IMG/VR virus record: IMGVR_UViG_3300028128_000337
Location: 34,279 to 98,278 of that record
Strand: one strand, 5' to 3'
Length of the DNA stretch: 64,000 nt
Origin: a virus
Taxonomy: Duplodnaviria > Caudoviricetes
Part shown: positions 17,619 through 26,898 of the stretch, piece by piece
Numbering within the stretch: the first letter of the stretch is position 1
Layout: every line of letters starts with the position of its first letter
Position numbers and translations under genes: made by a program
Notes under the pieces: generated by a model
The model's database searches: none
Told to the model about the DNA's origin: nothing
What the model saw: the letters and a program-made list of their open reading frames with translations, nothing else

Positions 17619-17901
17619 GTTTCTTAACCAACTGGTCACCGGTCTTCGTCAGGCGGTCTCCCTTCTCATAATTTTTACCAGAGTTAGTCACCCTTATCTG
17701 TACAACTCTACCAGGCATGTTGTTTTGATTTTTCACCTTGTCACTATCCATATGCGGTAATCTTATAACCTTCTCTACATCACCCTCAGAGCCACCATGC
17801 TCACATTCACCGTTTATATTTTTGACATGATCTCCTTTTTTGAGTTTGCTCGCTAATGTCTCTTGTATATGCTTGTTGAATCTCTCTTGAAATAATGACA
17901 T
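17602..17901 (-). CDS. Small SH3/KOW-like late protein
   Basis: ATAAATA 5 nt upstream; MSLFQERFNKHIQE; LKKGDHVKN...G.V. Confidence 0.55.
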   Translation of the reverse strand: MSLFQERFNKHIQETLASKLKKGDHVKNINGECEHGGSEGDVEKVIRLPHMDSDKVKNQNNMPGRVVQIRVTNSGKNYEKGDRLTKTGDQLVKKPKSKT

Positions 17902-17909
17902 GTAATTAT

Positions 17910-18671
17910 TTATTGTTCTCCTAGTTTCTTAACAATAAACTTTAACATTTCACTTCTCATGATATCATCATCTGTAAATTTAAAACAAAACACACCATTC
18001 TCTTCACTCTCATTGTCATTAAACGTGTTGTATATGTCTCCAAACCCAGAGCGAGCACCAATATCCGCCTGCAGTGTGTCACCTATCACGATCATGGTGC
18101 TATCCTCTCCGAATCTCGTAAGAATGGTCACTAGTTCGCTCTTGGTCAAATTTTGTGCTTCATCCACAATCACAACACTATCCTTAAATGTCAGACCACG
18201 TACATAATTGACAGGCACCGCTTTGACTATGTTATTGTCAAACAATGTAGAGATTGTAGAGCTAGATACCAATTCACTCAGTTTTTCTTGTAATGGTAGT
18301 GTCCATGGTAGAAATTTATCATCCACCTCTCCTGGAAGGCTGCCCATGCTCTTACTCGCACTCTCTATTATGCTTCTAATGTACACCACCTCATCCACAC
18401 GATGAGCCTTGAGCATGTGTAATGCGATGTATGCAGCGCAGTATGTTTTCGCGGTACCAGCGGGACCATCAACGAACGCGATTTTGGTCGCCGGATTGAA
18501 GCACAGTTCAGTGAATGATTTATGTACTGAGGTTAGCTTGTATTTAGCGCTGATCTTGAAACTCCTGTCCATTGTATTGCCGGTGACAATCTCTGGTAGT
18601 TCTTCAATTTCTGAATCCTTGCGACTCTTTGTAGATATAGCTCGTTTGTATGAGGTTTTACGTTTGGTCAT
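17910..18671 (-). CDS. phoH: PhoH-family ATPase
   Basis: GPAGTAKT, G.LPG, YVRGLTF, DEAQN, LTRFG, GDTLQAD. Confidence 0.92.
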   Translation of the reverse strand: MTKRKTSYKRAISTKSRKDSEIEELPEIVTGNTMDRSFKISAKYKLTSVHKSFTELCFNPATKIAFVDGPAGTAKTYCAAYIALHMLKAHRVDEVVYIRSIIESASKSMGSLPGEVDDKFLPWTLPLQEKLSELVSSSTISTLFDNNIVKAVPVNYVRGLTFKDSVVIVDEAQNLTKSELVTILTRFGEDSTMIVIGDTLQADIGARSGFGDIYNTFNDNESEENGVFCFKFTDDDIMRSEMLKFIVKKLGEQ

Positions 18672-18683
18672 TTATAATATATA

Positions 18684-18712
18684 TGGATTTATTGTGACTA
18701 ATCAATTATAAT
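18684..18712 (+). promoter_or_regulatory. Sigma70-type promoter at start of glycosyltransferase cassette
   Basis: TGGATT-N17-TATAAT-N6-ATG(18719). Confidence 0.6.
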
Positions 18713-18718
18713 ATATGT

Positions 18719-19495
18719 ATGTCAATTGGTATCGCTATAATTACATGTGATAGATTACCCATGTTCAAGGTGTGTGTAAAATCTATTGTTGATACACATG
18801 GCGATGTGAGTAGTATCGTGGTAGTTAATGATGGTGATGATATAGTACCTGATGGAGATTATACTGTCATCAATAATGATACAAATGTTGGTGTGGGTGA
18901 ATCAAAGAACAAAGCCATATCACATTTAATTGAGTTAGGCTGTGAGCATCTGTTCATCATAGAGGATGATGTAATGTTTATTTCAACACACACTATTGAT
19001 CGGTATCTAAAGCTATCTGAGTTGAGTGGAGTCAAGCATTTTAATTTCTGCTTGCATGGTGATGCGAACAAGCTGCTGGACAAACCAGCTCCGAAATTAA
19101 TAGTTGATTACAATGATGTTAAAATGGCGTTGTATCATAATGTGACTGGTGCGTTGAGCTATTATCATAGTAGTGTTATAGAGGAGTGTGGAGTTATGGA
19201 TACTAATTATATGAATGCAATGGAGCATGTTGATCACACTATGAGAATCATCAATGCTGGTTATCACCCTCCCTTCAGGTGGTTTGCTGATGTAGCAGAT
19301 AGTGACATGTTGATAGGAGATCAGGATCAAAAATTAACATCTAGCAAGATACGTAAGGAGGCGGATTGGCAACGCAATTTCCAATTCGGTGTGAGTAGGT
19401 TTCAGAAAAAATATTCAATCAATGTGTGTGACCCGGATGAACCTCAAGCAAATAAACAACAAGTTATAGACTATCTCAGGAGTGTACGCAAGTGA
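18719..19495 (+). CDS. Glycosyltransferase, GT2-like
   Basis: IGIAIITCDR, VVNDG, N.GVG.SKN, FIIEDD, AMEHVD. Confidence 0.85.
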   Translation: MSIGIAIITCDRLPMFKVCVKSIVDTHGDVSSIVVVNDGDDIVPDGDYTVINNDTNVGVGESKNKAISHLIELGCEHLFIIEDDVMFISTHTIDRYLKLSELSGVKHFNFCLHGDANKLLDKPAPKLIVDYNDVKMALYHNVTGALSYYHSSVIEECGVMDTNYMNAMEHVDHTMRIINAGYHPPFRWFADVADSDMLIGDQDQKLTSSKIRKEADWQRNFQFGVSRFQKKYSINVCDPDEPQANKQQVIDYLRSVRK

Positions 19496-20238
19496 AAGCT
19501 CTCACACTAGTCACGTGTTCTTACAACACACCAATTGTATTGCAACGTTGTTTGAAATCGTTTCACATCACTCACCCCGGGGAAGATCATCGTGTGTTGG
19601 TGATGGAGAATTCGACAGGTGATGACACAATTACATTTCTACAACAAAACAACATTAATTACATTTCCAATCCAAACATGTCACACGGAAACGCCGTGAA
19701 TTTAGCGATAGATCGTTGTGAAACAACCTATATGTTGTTGGTTGATTCGGATGTCATCTTCAAGCGAGACACACGTGACATGCTGGATCAAGCCATGCTA
19801 TTAGATGTGACTTTAGCAGGTAGAATAGAGGGAGACCGTGGGGGGAAACGTATACACAAGAGGGTTCACCCATGGTTCTGTTTGATTAACACCGATCACT
19901 TGAAAGAGTGTAATATTTTGTTTAATGATGAGCAAAAGATGAAGTCCAATGGTGAGCGAGACATCATATATGATGTTGGTAGTTCAATGTTTGAGGAAGT
20001 CCGGGCCGCGGGTCTTAAAATCGCTCATATGAACATCGAGGGTGTTTACTTTGATCATTGGGAGGGGTTGAGTTGGTATACGAATAAATACAACCCTAAC
20101 CCGGGACGCACCAGCATAGACTTCAGTGGAACACATGATGACGTCGGATTGTTTGAGCATGGGAAGAGAAAAATCAGCACGTATCTCAACAATACTAAAT
20201 ACTTGGACGTGGTTGACCTGGCTGGGGTGTTCGTGTAA
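19492..20238 (+). CDS. Glycosyltransferase, GT2-like
   Basis: LVTCSYNT, VMENST, HGNAVN, LLVDSD (DxD). Confidence 0.85.
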   Translation: MKALTLVTCSYNTPIVLQRCLKSFHITHPGEDHRVLVMENSTGDDTITFLQQNNINYISNPNMSHGNAVNLAIDRCETTYMLLVDSDVIFKRDTRDMLDQAMLLDVTLAGRIEGDRGGKRIHKRVHPWFCLINTDHLKECNILFNDEQKMKSNGERDIIYDVGSSMFEEVRAAGLKIAHMNIEGVYFDHWEGLSWYTNKYNPNPGRTSIDFSGTHDDVGLFEHGKRKISTYLNNTKYLDVVDLAGVFV

Positions 20239-20251
20239 ATATATATTGATT

Positions 20252-20992
20252 ATGAAAATTAGTGTGATAATATCCTCATATAATCAAGCGTCCAGGTTAC
20301 GATACTGTTTAGATAGTGCTGTAAGCATGAGGACCAAGTTTTCAGATGAGATTGAGATAATTGTTGCTGATGATAACAGCACTGACGGTTCTGTCAAGTT
20401 GATCAAGCAATACCCTGTTAAATTGTGGAGTAGTACTCGTGGTAAATCTGACAAATACACATTAGCTGCTAATTGGAATGATGCTATAAACAACATGGCT
20501 ACAGGAGATAGAGTGATATTCACAAATGGTGACCACATATTGACAACTTGGTTTGCTGATCACCATGCAGATCCGGAGCTCCAACCCAACATTATATTCG
20601 GACCCGGATATCAAACCAGCCCGGGGGTGGAACAATATATAAGCTCAGACAATGAATATAAACAACTCATGCAGATATGTGAAGGTAGGAAACTGTTATT
20701 ACCGGATCGCCATGTCGAGGGAAGTGCCATGACGTACAACAAAGAATGGTCTTCAGACTTCCCATACGGTTACAATTTTTCAGTGATGAGAGAACACTTT
20801 GACCATGTCGCGGGTTTCACTGAGATTGAACACTGGGGTGGAGAAGAGAAAGATCTGTGTGATAGGATCCGATTGGAATTTCCAGACACGAGAATTGTTT
20901 CAAACAAAAATAGTGTTTGTGTGCATCTGTATCATCAACCTTTCAATTTGATGAACAGAAACTCCGGGAAATTGAGTAAATATAATTTCTGA
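20252..20992 (+). CDS. Glycosyltransferase, GT2-like
   Basis: MKISVIISSYNQ, IIVADDNSTDGS, WGGEE; GTAAATA upstream. Confidence 0.88.
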   Translation: MKISVIISSYNQASRLRYCLDSAVSMRTKFSDEIEIIVADDNSTDGSVKLIKQYPVKLWSSTRGKSDKYTLAANWNDAINNMATGDRVIFTNGDHILTTWFADHHADPELQPNIIFGPGYQTSPGVEQYISSDNEYKQLMQICEGRKLLLPDRHVEGSAMTYNKEWSSDFPYGYNFSVMREHFDHVAGFTEIEHWGGEEKDLCDRIRLEFPDTRIVSNKNSVCVHLYHQPFNLMNRNSGKLSKYNF

Positions 20993-21792
20993 TGATAAGT
21001 TTTTGTAATCAAGTCTACAATGAGGCAGATGGTATCGGCAGGTACCTTGACAGCTGCTTACATTTCACTAACATCATCGATCAGGTGCATGTAGTCAATC
21101 ACAGGTCAGATGATGACACACAACACGTGATCGACAGTTACAAAGACCAATACACAGACGCGAGAATCAAGCTGACCACAAGGTTTGAAGATAGAGATTT
21201 TGCGAATGATTTCTTGATTGCGGATCTGTTTGGTGAGACGGTTGAGGATTGTGACAATGAAATTGTTTTCAGACATGATGCTGACTTCATTTTAGGACCA
21301 GGTTATATCGATTTAATTGATATGTGTGTTAATTTTTTGTCACGTGAGAGTGTTTATGCTGTTGGATACGAGATACCTTGTGTGGGTGATAGTTTGAGTG
21401 TTGTTGATAATGTTGTTACAAGTTATGGTTATTGTAATCTACATTCACCGGTGCCTCGGGTGTTCAAGAAATCAAAAACTGTTTGTAGGCAAGATCACTT
21501 TGGTGGTAAATATGAATTTTTTTATCCGACAGACATCAAATGCTCACAATGGATTGAGATGGAGTATGTTAAAGATTCACTAATATCAGTTAATATTAAA
21601 CCTGATGAGCGGATGAAACAGCGTGAAACAATGAACACCTACATGAAGGATATTGTTGATGGAGTTGAACACGATAATTGGATGGATTGTGATGATCTGA
21701 AATCAGAGATTGAACCACAGAATAGACCATCACCCACAGGCTTTGATATACATAATCTACATCTACTCTACACAAATTTAATCTTACCATGA
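20992..21792 (+). CDS. Glycosyltransferase, GT2-like
   Basis: QVYNE, VNHRSDDDT, RHDAD (DxD). Confidence 0.8.
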   Translation: MISFCNQVYNEADGIGRYLDSCLHFTNIIDQVHVVNHRSDDDTQHVIDSYKDQYTDARIKLTTRFEDRDFANDFLIADLFGETVEDCDNEIVFRHDADFILGPGYIDLIDMCVNFLSRESVYAVGYEIPCVGDSLSVVDNVVTSYGYCNLHSPVPRVFKKSKTVCRQDHFGGKYEFFYPTDIKCSQWIEMEYVKDSLISVNIKPDERMKQRETMNTYMKDIVDGVEHDNWMDCDDLKSEIEPQNRPSPTGFDIHNLHLLYTNLILP

Positions 21793-21828
21793 AATACATT
21801 ACGCTAGTTTAGGGAGGTTTAATTTATA

Positions 21829-22569
21829 ATGAATTTCTGTTTCATCATACCGGTATATAATTTTAACAATTATATTGTTAGGTGTATAGACTCTATCAAG
21901 TCACAGGCGTATAAAAACTGGAGAGCCATAGTTGTAGATGACTACAGTTCAGATGGATCGTCTGAGCTTATCAAATCTAATATTGATGATAGATTCACAT
22001 ACATCAAAAATGATGTCAGAATGAGACAGGCATACTCTCGCTACATAGCATACACACAAGCATCAGATGACGAGATTTGTGTGATGTTGGATGGTGACGA
22101 TTGGTTGTTTGATCCAGACGTGCTGACCAAGCTTGACTCACTATACACCAGTAAGCCGGGGTTGAATGTCACGTACGGTGGTCATGTAACATTTGAAGAT
22201 AATTGCGTTCGAGGGGTTATGCACGCTACTGATAATTTTCCGGAGAGTGTAATAGTAAAAAATTCATATCGAGAATATAACTGGATTTCTCAACACATGA
22301 GAACAGTCAGAGGGGAGATCATCAAAAGTATACCGGTGCATCATTTGAAATACCAAGGTGAATGGTTACGTGGTGCCACAGATCAAGCAGAGATGTTTTA
22401 TGCTCTAGAGCGAAGTGATGGCAGACACTGTAACAATGGATTTCCATGTTATGTGTATAACATTGATTCTTCAAAACAATTCGATTCATCCTGGTTCAAC
22501 AAGCACTCAGCTGAATGGAGTAAGTACTATAATGATGTTAAACAACATTTGAGGAATATATATTTATAA
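21829..22569 (+). CDS. Glycosyltransferase, GT2
   Basis: FIIPVYN, VVDDYSSDGS, MLDGDDWL. Confidence 0.88.
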   Translation: MNFCFIIPVYNFNNYIVRCIDSIKSQAYKNWRAIVVDDYSSDGSSELIKSNIDDRFTYIKNDVRMRQAYSRYIAYTQASDDEICVMLDGDDWLFDPDVLTKLDSLYTSKPGLNVTYGGHVTFEDNCVRGVMHATDNFPESVIVKNSYREYNWISQHMRTVRGEIIKSIPVHHLKYQGEWLRGATDQAEMFYALERSDGRHCNNGFPCYVYNIDSSKQFDSSWFNKHSAEWSKYYNDVKQHLRNIYL

Positions 22570-22581
22570 TATAAACATATC

Positions 22582-22677
22582 ATGAATAACAAACCGATAT
22601 ACGTTTCAGTCGCTAGCATCTGTCAGAGACAGTCTAATCTCAGTGATATAAAGCACTTTAAAGGTAATAAATATTGA
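22582..22677 (+). pseudogene. Truncated glycosyltransferase-like remnant (31 aa)
   Basis: MNNKPIYVSVASICQRQSNL...* resembles a GT-A first strand (IxVSxxxxxxR) and then stops. Confidence 0.4.
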
Positions 22678-23330
22678 TGAATACAAAACAAATAAGTTGG
22701 TGCACAGGACTGTTGAATAGGTTGAGATTTCCATTACCGGATGGCCAGTATTTAAAATTATATGAGAACAATATTAGATCGTTACTAGATTTAAAAACAT
22801 CTGATGAAGACTGGTGTTTTTGTGTTGCAGATTATGAATCCACTGATATGAATGTTGATAATTTTTTTGTTGAATTACAAAGAGAGTACGGTGACAAGGG
22901 TGTGTATTTTGATTACAGAACAGCCACCATACCACAAGAAAAATTCACCCGAGGAGGCGCTAGAAATGAAGCATACAAATTGGCTGATTTTGATACATTA
23001 TTTTTTCTAGATGCGGATATGTTATTCACTGGTCGTGAAGTTGTAGAATCAATATACAAACACACACATAACGGACTCGCGTATTTTCCTGTATGTTTGA
23101 GTTACAAAAACCGTGCTCATACAGAACACTATCAAAGAAATACCGGGAAAGGAAATGTCGGGTTGTCACGTGAAACTTACAGATTAAACACTAAAGGGTG
23201 GTTTGAGAAAAAAACATGGGGCAAGGAGGATGATATGATTTTCGATTTCTATAACAACAGAAAAATTGTAGTTCGTGATTGTACTGGTTCTTTTTTTCAT
23301 CAATGGCACCCAGACCAAAGATCTAAATAA
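22677..23330 (+). CDS. Glycosyltransferase, GT2/GT7C-like
   Basis: VADYESTD, RGGARN, FFLDADM, WGKEDD, HQWH; ATAAATA upstream. Confidence 0.85.
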   Translation: MNTKQISWCTGLLNRLRFPLPDGQYLKLYENNIRSLLDLKTSDEDWCFCVADYESTDMNVDNFFVELQREYGDKGVYFDYRTATIPQEKFTRGGARNEAYKLADFDTLFFLDADMLFTGREVVESIYKHTHNGLAYFPVCLSYKNRAHTEHYQRNTGKGNVGLSRETYRLNTKGWFEKKTWGKEDDMIFDFYNNRKIVVRDCTGSFFHQWHPDQRSK

Positions 23331-23339
23331 TACCTCTAA

Positions 23340-24122
23340 ATGGTACATGTAAATAAAATTAATCATATCTATTATTACAATAAATGTAATTGTCGTAATA
23401 ATTATAATTTCGGTGATTTTATTACTCCATATATATACAAAAAAATAAACAGAGTAGAAGCAATTTACAGTCAAAAGGAGAGGCATGTCTTGGGTGCCGG
23501 TAGCATTTTACACCGGTCCAATGCAAATTCAATCATATGGGGCACGGGATTTATTGTTGGTAACGAGCGGAAAATTAAATCACATAAAATATTATCAGTT
23601 AGAGGTAAGCTTACTAGACAGAGGCTTGTAAATACTGGCATTCAATGCCCAGAATTATACGGAGACATAGGTTTAATATTACCACACTTCTATAAACCTA
23701 ATATTGAGAAGAAATATAAATTAGGTATAATACCACATTATATTGATGTACCTACATTCAACAAAACCGGTTATATGAAGGATAACACTATTATTATAGA
23801 TGTTACTGATCCAATAGAAACTGTTGTGAGTAATATTCAATCTTGTGAATATACAATATCTAGTAGCCTGCATGGTATTATTGCTAGTCATGCATATAAT
23901 GTTAGGTCAATGTGGATTAGAATGTCAGATTTAATTGTGGGTGGTAATTTTAAATTTAGAGACTACTATAGTTCTGTAATCGAGAAGGGTTGGGAGGATT
24001 TGTTACCTTACACATACAAAGAGCCTATAGCGATAGATGATATGATAGACCTTATTAATAATTATCCTGATCCAGTATTTCCAATAAACACAAGATCTAT
24101 TTTAGATTTATGCCCTTTCTAA
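23340..24122 (+). CDS. Polysaccharide pyruvyltransferase family protein
   Basis: NFGD, GSIL, IWGTG, SVRGKLT, GIIPHY, SSSLHGIIASHAY, FKFRDYY. Confidence 0.88.
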   Translation: MVHVNKINHIYYYNKCNCRNNYNFGDFITPYIYKKINRVEAIYSQKERHVLGAGSILHRSNANSIIWGTGFIVGNERKIKSHKILSVRGKLTRQRLVNTGIQCPELYGDIGLILPHFYKPNIEKKYKLGIIPHYIDVPTFNKTGYMKDNTIIIDVTDPIETVVSNIQSCEYTISSSLHGIIASHAYNVRSMWIRMSDLIVGGNFKFRDYYSSVIEKGWEDLLPYTYKEPIAIDDMIDLINNYPDPVFPINTRSILDLCPF

Positions 24123-24141
24123 CATTTAACTATTTATAAAC

Positions 24142-24747
24142 ATGTTGTTGAATGTTATTTTTGTACCGATAAATAAGACAGGTTGTACCTCCGTGAGACA
24201 TGTTGTAGATAAATATAACTTTGTTAGTATATGTGTAGATCGCCCGGTGAGTACTACATGTAACGAGAAAAATTATATTAGGAGGTGCGAGATTGATTCA
24301 AATAAATGGAAGTCATCCTTTAAATTTTCGTTCGTTAGAAATCCGTACGACAGATTAGTTTCTGCATGGTCACATAAGATTATACGTGATAAGCACAAAC
24401 TACGTGAGCTACCATTTAAAAAATTCATTGAACAGCATCTAATCAACATGGATGTAGATTTTAATACCTTTAATATTACTAACAATGCGTTTGTACATCA
24501 TTTCAGCTCATTAATGAATCCTAAATACTGCGTTGAAGAACTTGATTTCATAGGGAAATTTGAGTCTTTTCAAAAAGATTTTAACACAGTATGTAATATA
24601 ATAGGAATACCGACACGACGCTTGCCACGTACAAATTCAACTAAACACAAACACTACACCGAATACTACGATGATGAGTCACGACAAATCGTTGCGGAAA
24701 AATATGCAAAAGACATTGAGTATTTCGGATATGAGTTTGGAGATTAG
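24142..24747 (+). CDS. Carbohydrate sulfotransferase (Sulfotransfer_2 family)
   Basis: 5'-PSB NKTGCTS, 3'-PB FVRNPYDRLVS, FIGKFE, YAKDIEYFGY. Confidence 0.88.
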   Translation: MLLNVIFVPINKTGCTSVRHVVDKYNFVSICVDRPVSTTCNEKNYIRRCEIDSNKWKSSFKFSFVRNPYDRLVSAWSHKIIRDKHKLRELPFKKFIEQHLINMDVDFNTFNITNNAFVHHFSSLMNPKYCVEELDFIGKFESFQKDFNTVCNIIGIPTRRLPRTNSTKHKHYTEYYDDESRQIVAEKYAKDIEYFGYEFGD

Positions 24748-24759
24748 ATTATAAAAACA

Positions 24760-24788
24760 TTGATTTCACTCTGTAAAGTTCATATAAT
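24760..24788 (+). promoter_or_regulatory. Sigma70-type promoter, probably leaderless mRNA
   Basis: TTGATT-N17-TATAAT-N6-ATG(24795). Confidence 0.75.
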
Positions 24789-24794
24789 AGATAT

Positions 24795-25379
24795 ATGATA
24801 GTTGATATAAAAAATTATGACGGCAATTTGATACACAACAGATTTGCATATACATTTTTCAAGAAGAGAACACTACCAATCGGTAACATCATCACATTCA
24901 GAGGACCCATGCACGTTGAAGCAGAGGGAATGATTGATCATGAAGATGTGCTCAAGAACGATTTTATATACAGTGATGATGCTATTAATTTCTGTTGGGA
25001 GATACCAGGCATGGACAGCTTCGGAGCTGTGGCATGGCAGCGACTGTTCAACACCAGCATCGCCAACATCTTACAAAGCATGATTCAAGCACCAATCGAG
25101 GTGGACGGAGATGATTTGATTGTGCACAAAGAGTTCACACGTGGTGGCATCGTGCAACACAAAGGCAAATGCAGCGTGAGCATCACGTACACCAAAGATG
25201 GTGCCGCGATCGGTCACACCGGAATCAACGTGACAGCAGGAGACAAAGCACCACCATTCGCATACAGCACCAACTTGACAGATGAGCAAATCAAATCATT
25301 TCAAGACACAATTGTGGAGATGTTTTATGCCATGAATGATGACATGTTCCTGGCCACCACCAAGATCATCACCAAGTGA
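24795..25379 (+). CDS. DUF366-like protein (biotin/lipoate ligase-type fold)
   Basis: YDG..I...FAY, FRGPM.V, MID.ED, DGDDL, K.SVSI, HTGINV. Confidence 0.7.
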   Translation: MIVDIKNYDGNLIHNRFAYTFFKKRTLPIGNIITFRGPMHVEAEGMIDHEDVLKNDFIYSDDAINFCWEIPGMDSFGAVAWQRLFNTSIANILQSMIQAPIEVDGDDLIVHKEFTRGGIVQHKGKCSVSITYTKDGAAIGHTGINVTAGDKAPPFAYSTNLTDEQIKSFQDTIVEMFYAMNDDMFLATTKIITK

Positions 25380-25771
25380 CAATATTCGATTGTCTGAACG
25401 ACATCTTGTTCACCAAGCGTGGCAAGCTGTTACAGAATGTTGATGACGAGACCACGTTCAATCAATACATGATCAACAGATGGTGCAGCATGTACAGCCC
25501 GGGCATGGCACAACTTGTCAACAACACTGTCAACTGGCTATACGGTGCATTTGAGACCAAACAACAATACTATAAATTTGTATCCAGTGTGTTCCCTCGA
25601 GTGTCACGTAAACGAATACATTACATCAAGAAAATTAAACCAGAAGACACAGACAACGAGCTTGAAAATGTACATTTGATCGCTAAACGACTTGAACTCT
25701 CGCAACGAGAGATTAAATCTTATTATGAGTACAGCAGCAAACACGGCACAAGTTCAACATGCTCAGGCTAA
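25376..25771 (+). CDS. Clamp loader small subunit, T4 gp62-like
   Basis: IFD.LN.I..K, F..YMINR..S, QY.F....P......YIKK. Confidence 0.65.
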   Translation: MTIFDCLNDILFTKRGKLLQNVDDETTFNQYMINRWCSMYSPGMAQLVNNTVNWLYGAFETKQQYYKFVSSVFPRVSRKRIHYIKKIKPEDTDNELENVHLIAKRLELSQREIKSYYEYSSKHGTSSTCSG

Positions 25772-26156
25772 TCTGTCTGACAAAGTAAAGGGCACAATCC
25801 AACTTGATACATACACAGGTAGTGAGAATTTCAATCTGTTCGGTTACGAGTTGACACAAGTTCTAGATGACATTATTCTAGTCAAGTATGTCGACTGTAA
25901 TGATGATGGTACGGAAATATTAAAGAACGGTGTGTGGGTGCCTATCAATGTGAACACGTTCACTTGGAGAATAGGTCAAGTAATGTTGGCTGGACCTAAT
26001 TGCAAGCTGGTCAAAACTGGTGATTTTGTGACATTTCCTAATGACAAGGGTATAGCTGTTGGTAATCTTGAGATTGAGAAGGAAGGTAAAGTGAAAAACA
26101 GTTGTTTCTTGAATGAGGATCGTATATTTGGTGTATGTAAACCTAAGAGCGTGTGA
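25725..26156 (+). CDS. groES: GroES-like co-chaperonin
   Basis: VLDDIILV, G.V.LAGP...VKTGD.V.F, LNEDRIFGV. Confidence 0.7.
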   Translation: MSTAANTAQVQHAQANLSDKVKGTIQLDTYTGSENFNLFGYELTQVLDDIILVKYVDCNDDGTEILKNGVWVPINVNTFTWRIGQVMLAGPNCKLVKTGDFVTFPNDKGIAVGNLEIEKEGKVKNSCFLNEDRIFGVCKPKSV

Positions 26157-26539
26157 AAGTTGGCGCTAGCACGTTAAGTGTGTTGTTAGAAAACAACGTG
26201 CTAGAAGTAAAATTTAAAAGACGGATACCTGTGGCAGGCAAACCTTCCACCAGGAGAATGCTATGCACAAACAGCCCAGTGTTGTTGTTGAGCACCGCCG
26301 GGAGAGAGACACTACATTACACATCACCTAGTGGTCCACCCAAATACAACACCGCCAGCAAAAATGTAGTGATAGCCTGGGATATATTCAAACAGGATTA
26401 CCGAGCCATCAGTGTGGACAACCTCGAGGTGATAAGTCAAATGCCCGTGAGCGGAGATGGTACAGATTTTTGGGAATATTTCAACAACACAATATATCCC
26501 ATGACCCCTCAACAGAAGGAGGCTTTTTTCAATGTCTGA
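26153..26539 (+). CDS. WYL_2/DUF2693-like SH3-fold protein
   Basis: V.F.RR...R.MLCT...WDI....YR pattern. Confidence 0.55.
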   Translation: MKVGASTLSVLLENNVLEVKFKRRIPVAGKPSTRRMLCTNSPVLLLSTAGRETLHYTSPSGPPKYNTASKNVVIAWDIFKQDYRAISVDNLEVISQMPVSGDGTDFWEYFNNTIYPMTPQQKEAFFNV

Positions 26540-26885
26540 CACACCGTACAACACTCTAGAGTGTCTCAAAAAATTGTTACAGAAAGAAGTGGTATTTCTG
26601 CTTGGTCAAAAGAGTGTACGCAAGGGTAGATTGCTGCTTTACAACATACATGATTATCATGTGAAATTCATGATACACACAAATAAAAACATAAACAAAA
26701 CATACGAAGTACCATATCCATACAACGTCACACATAGTGACAATCACGTCAGTTTCTCGTACACAATCAAAGATTTTTGTAGGGACAACGCGAACAAGCA
26801 TGATGTAGTGATGTGTAAATATGGATCTTCAATCAATAAATTTTTCGACAAACGACTCACAATTTCAGTTATAGACCTGCAGTAG
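26532..26885 (+). CDS. Hypothetical protein
   Basis: 117-aa coupled ORF. Confidence 0.55.
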   Translation: MSDTPYNTLECLKKLLQKEVVFLLGQKSVRKGRLLLYNIHDYHVKFMIHTNKNINKTYEVPYPYNVTHSDNHVSFSYTIKDFCRDNANKHDVVMCKYGSSINKFFDKRLTISVIDLQ

Positions 26886-26898
26886 AATAAATAATTGT

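Noticed and set aside
18719-24747. Bacterial capsule/O-antigen locus (host contamination or chimera)
   Set aside because: No wzx/wzy/ABC export genes; genes carry the same phage promoter signals and CCGG sites as the flanks
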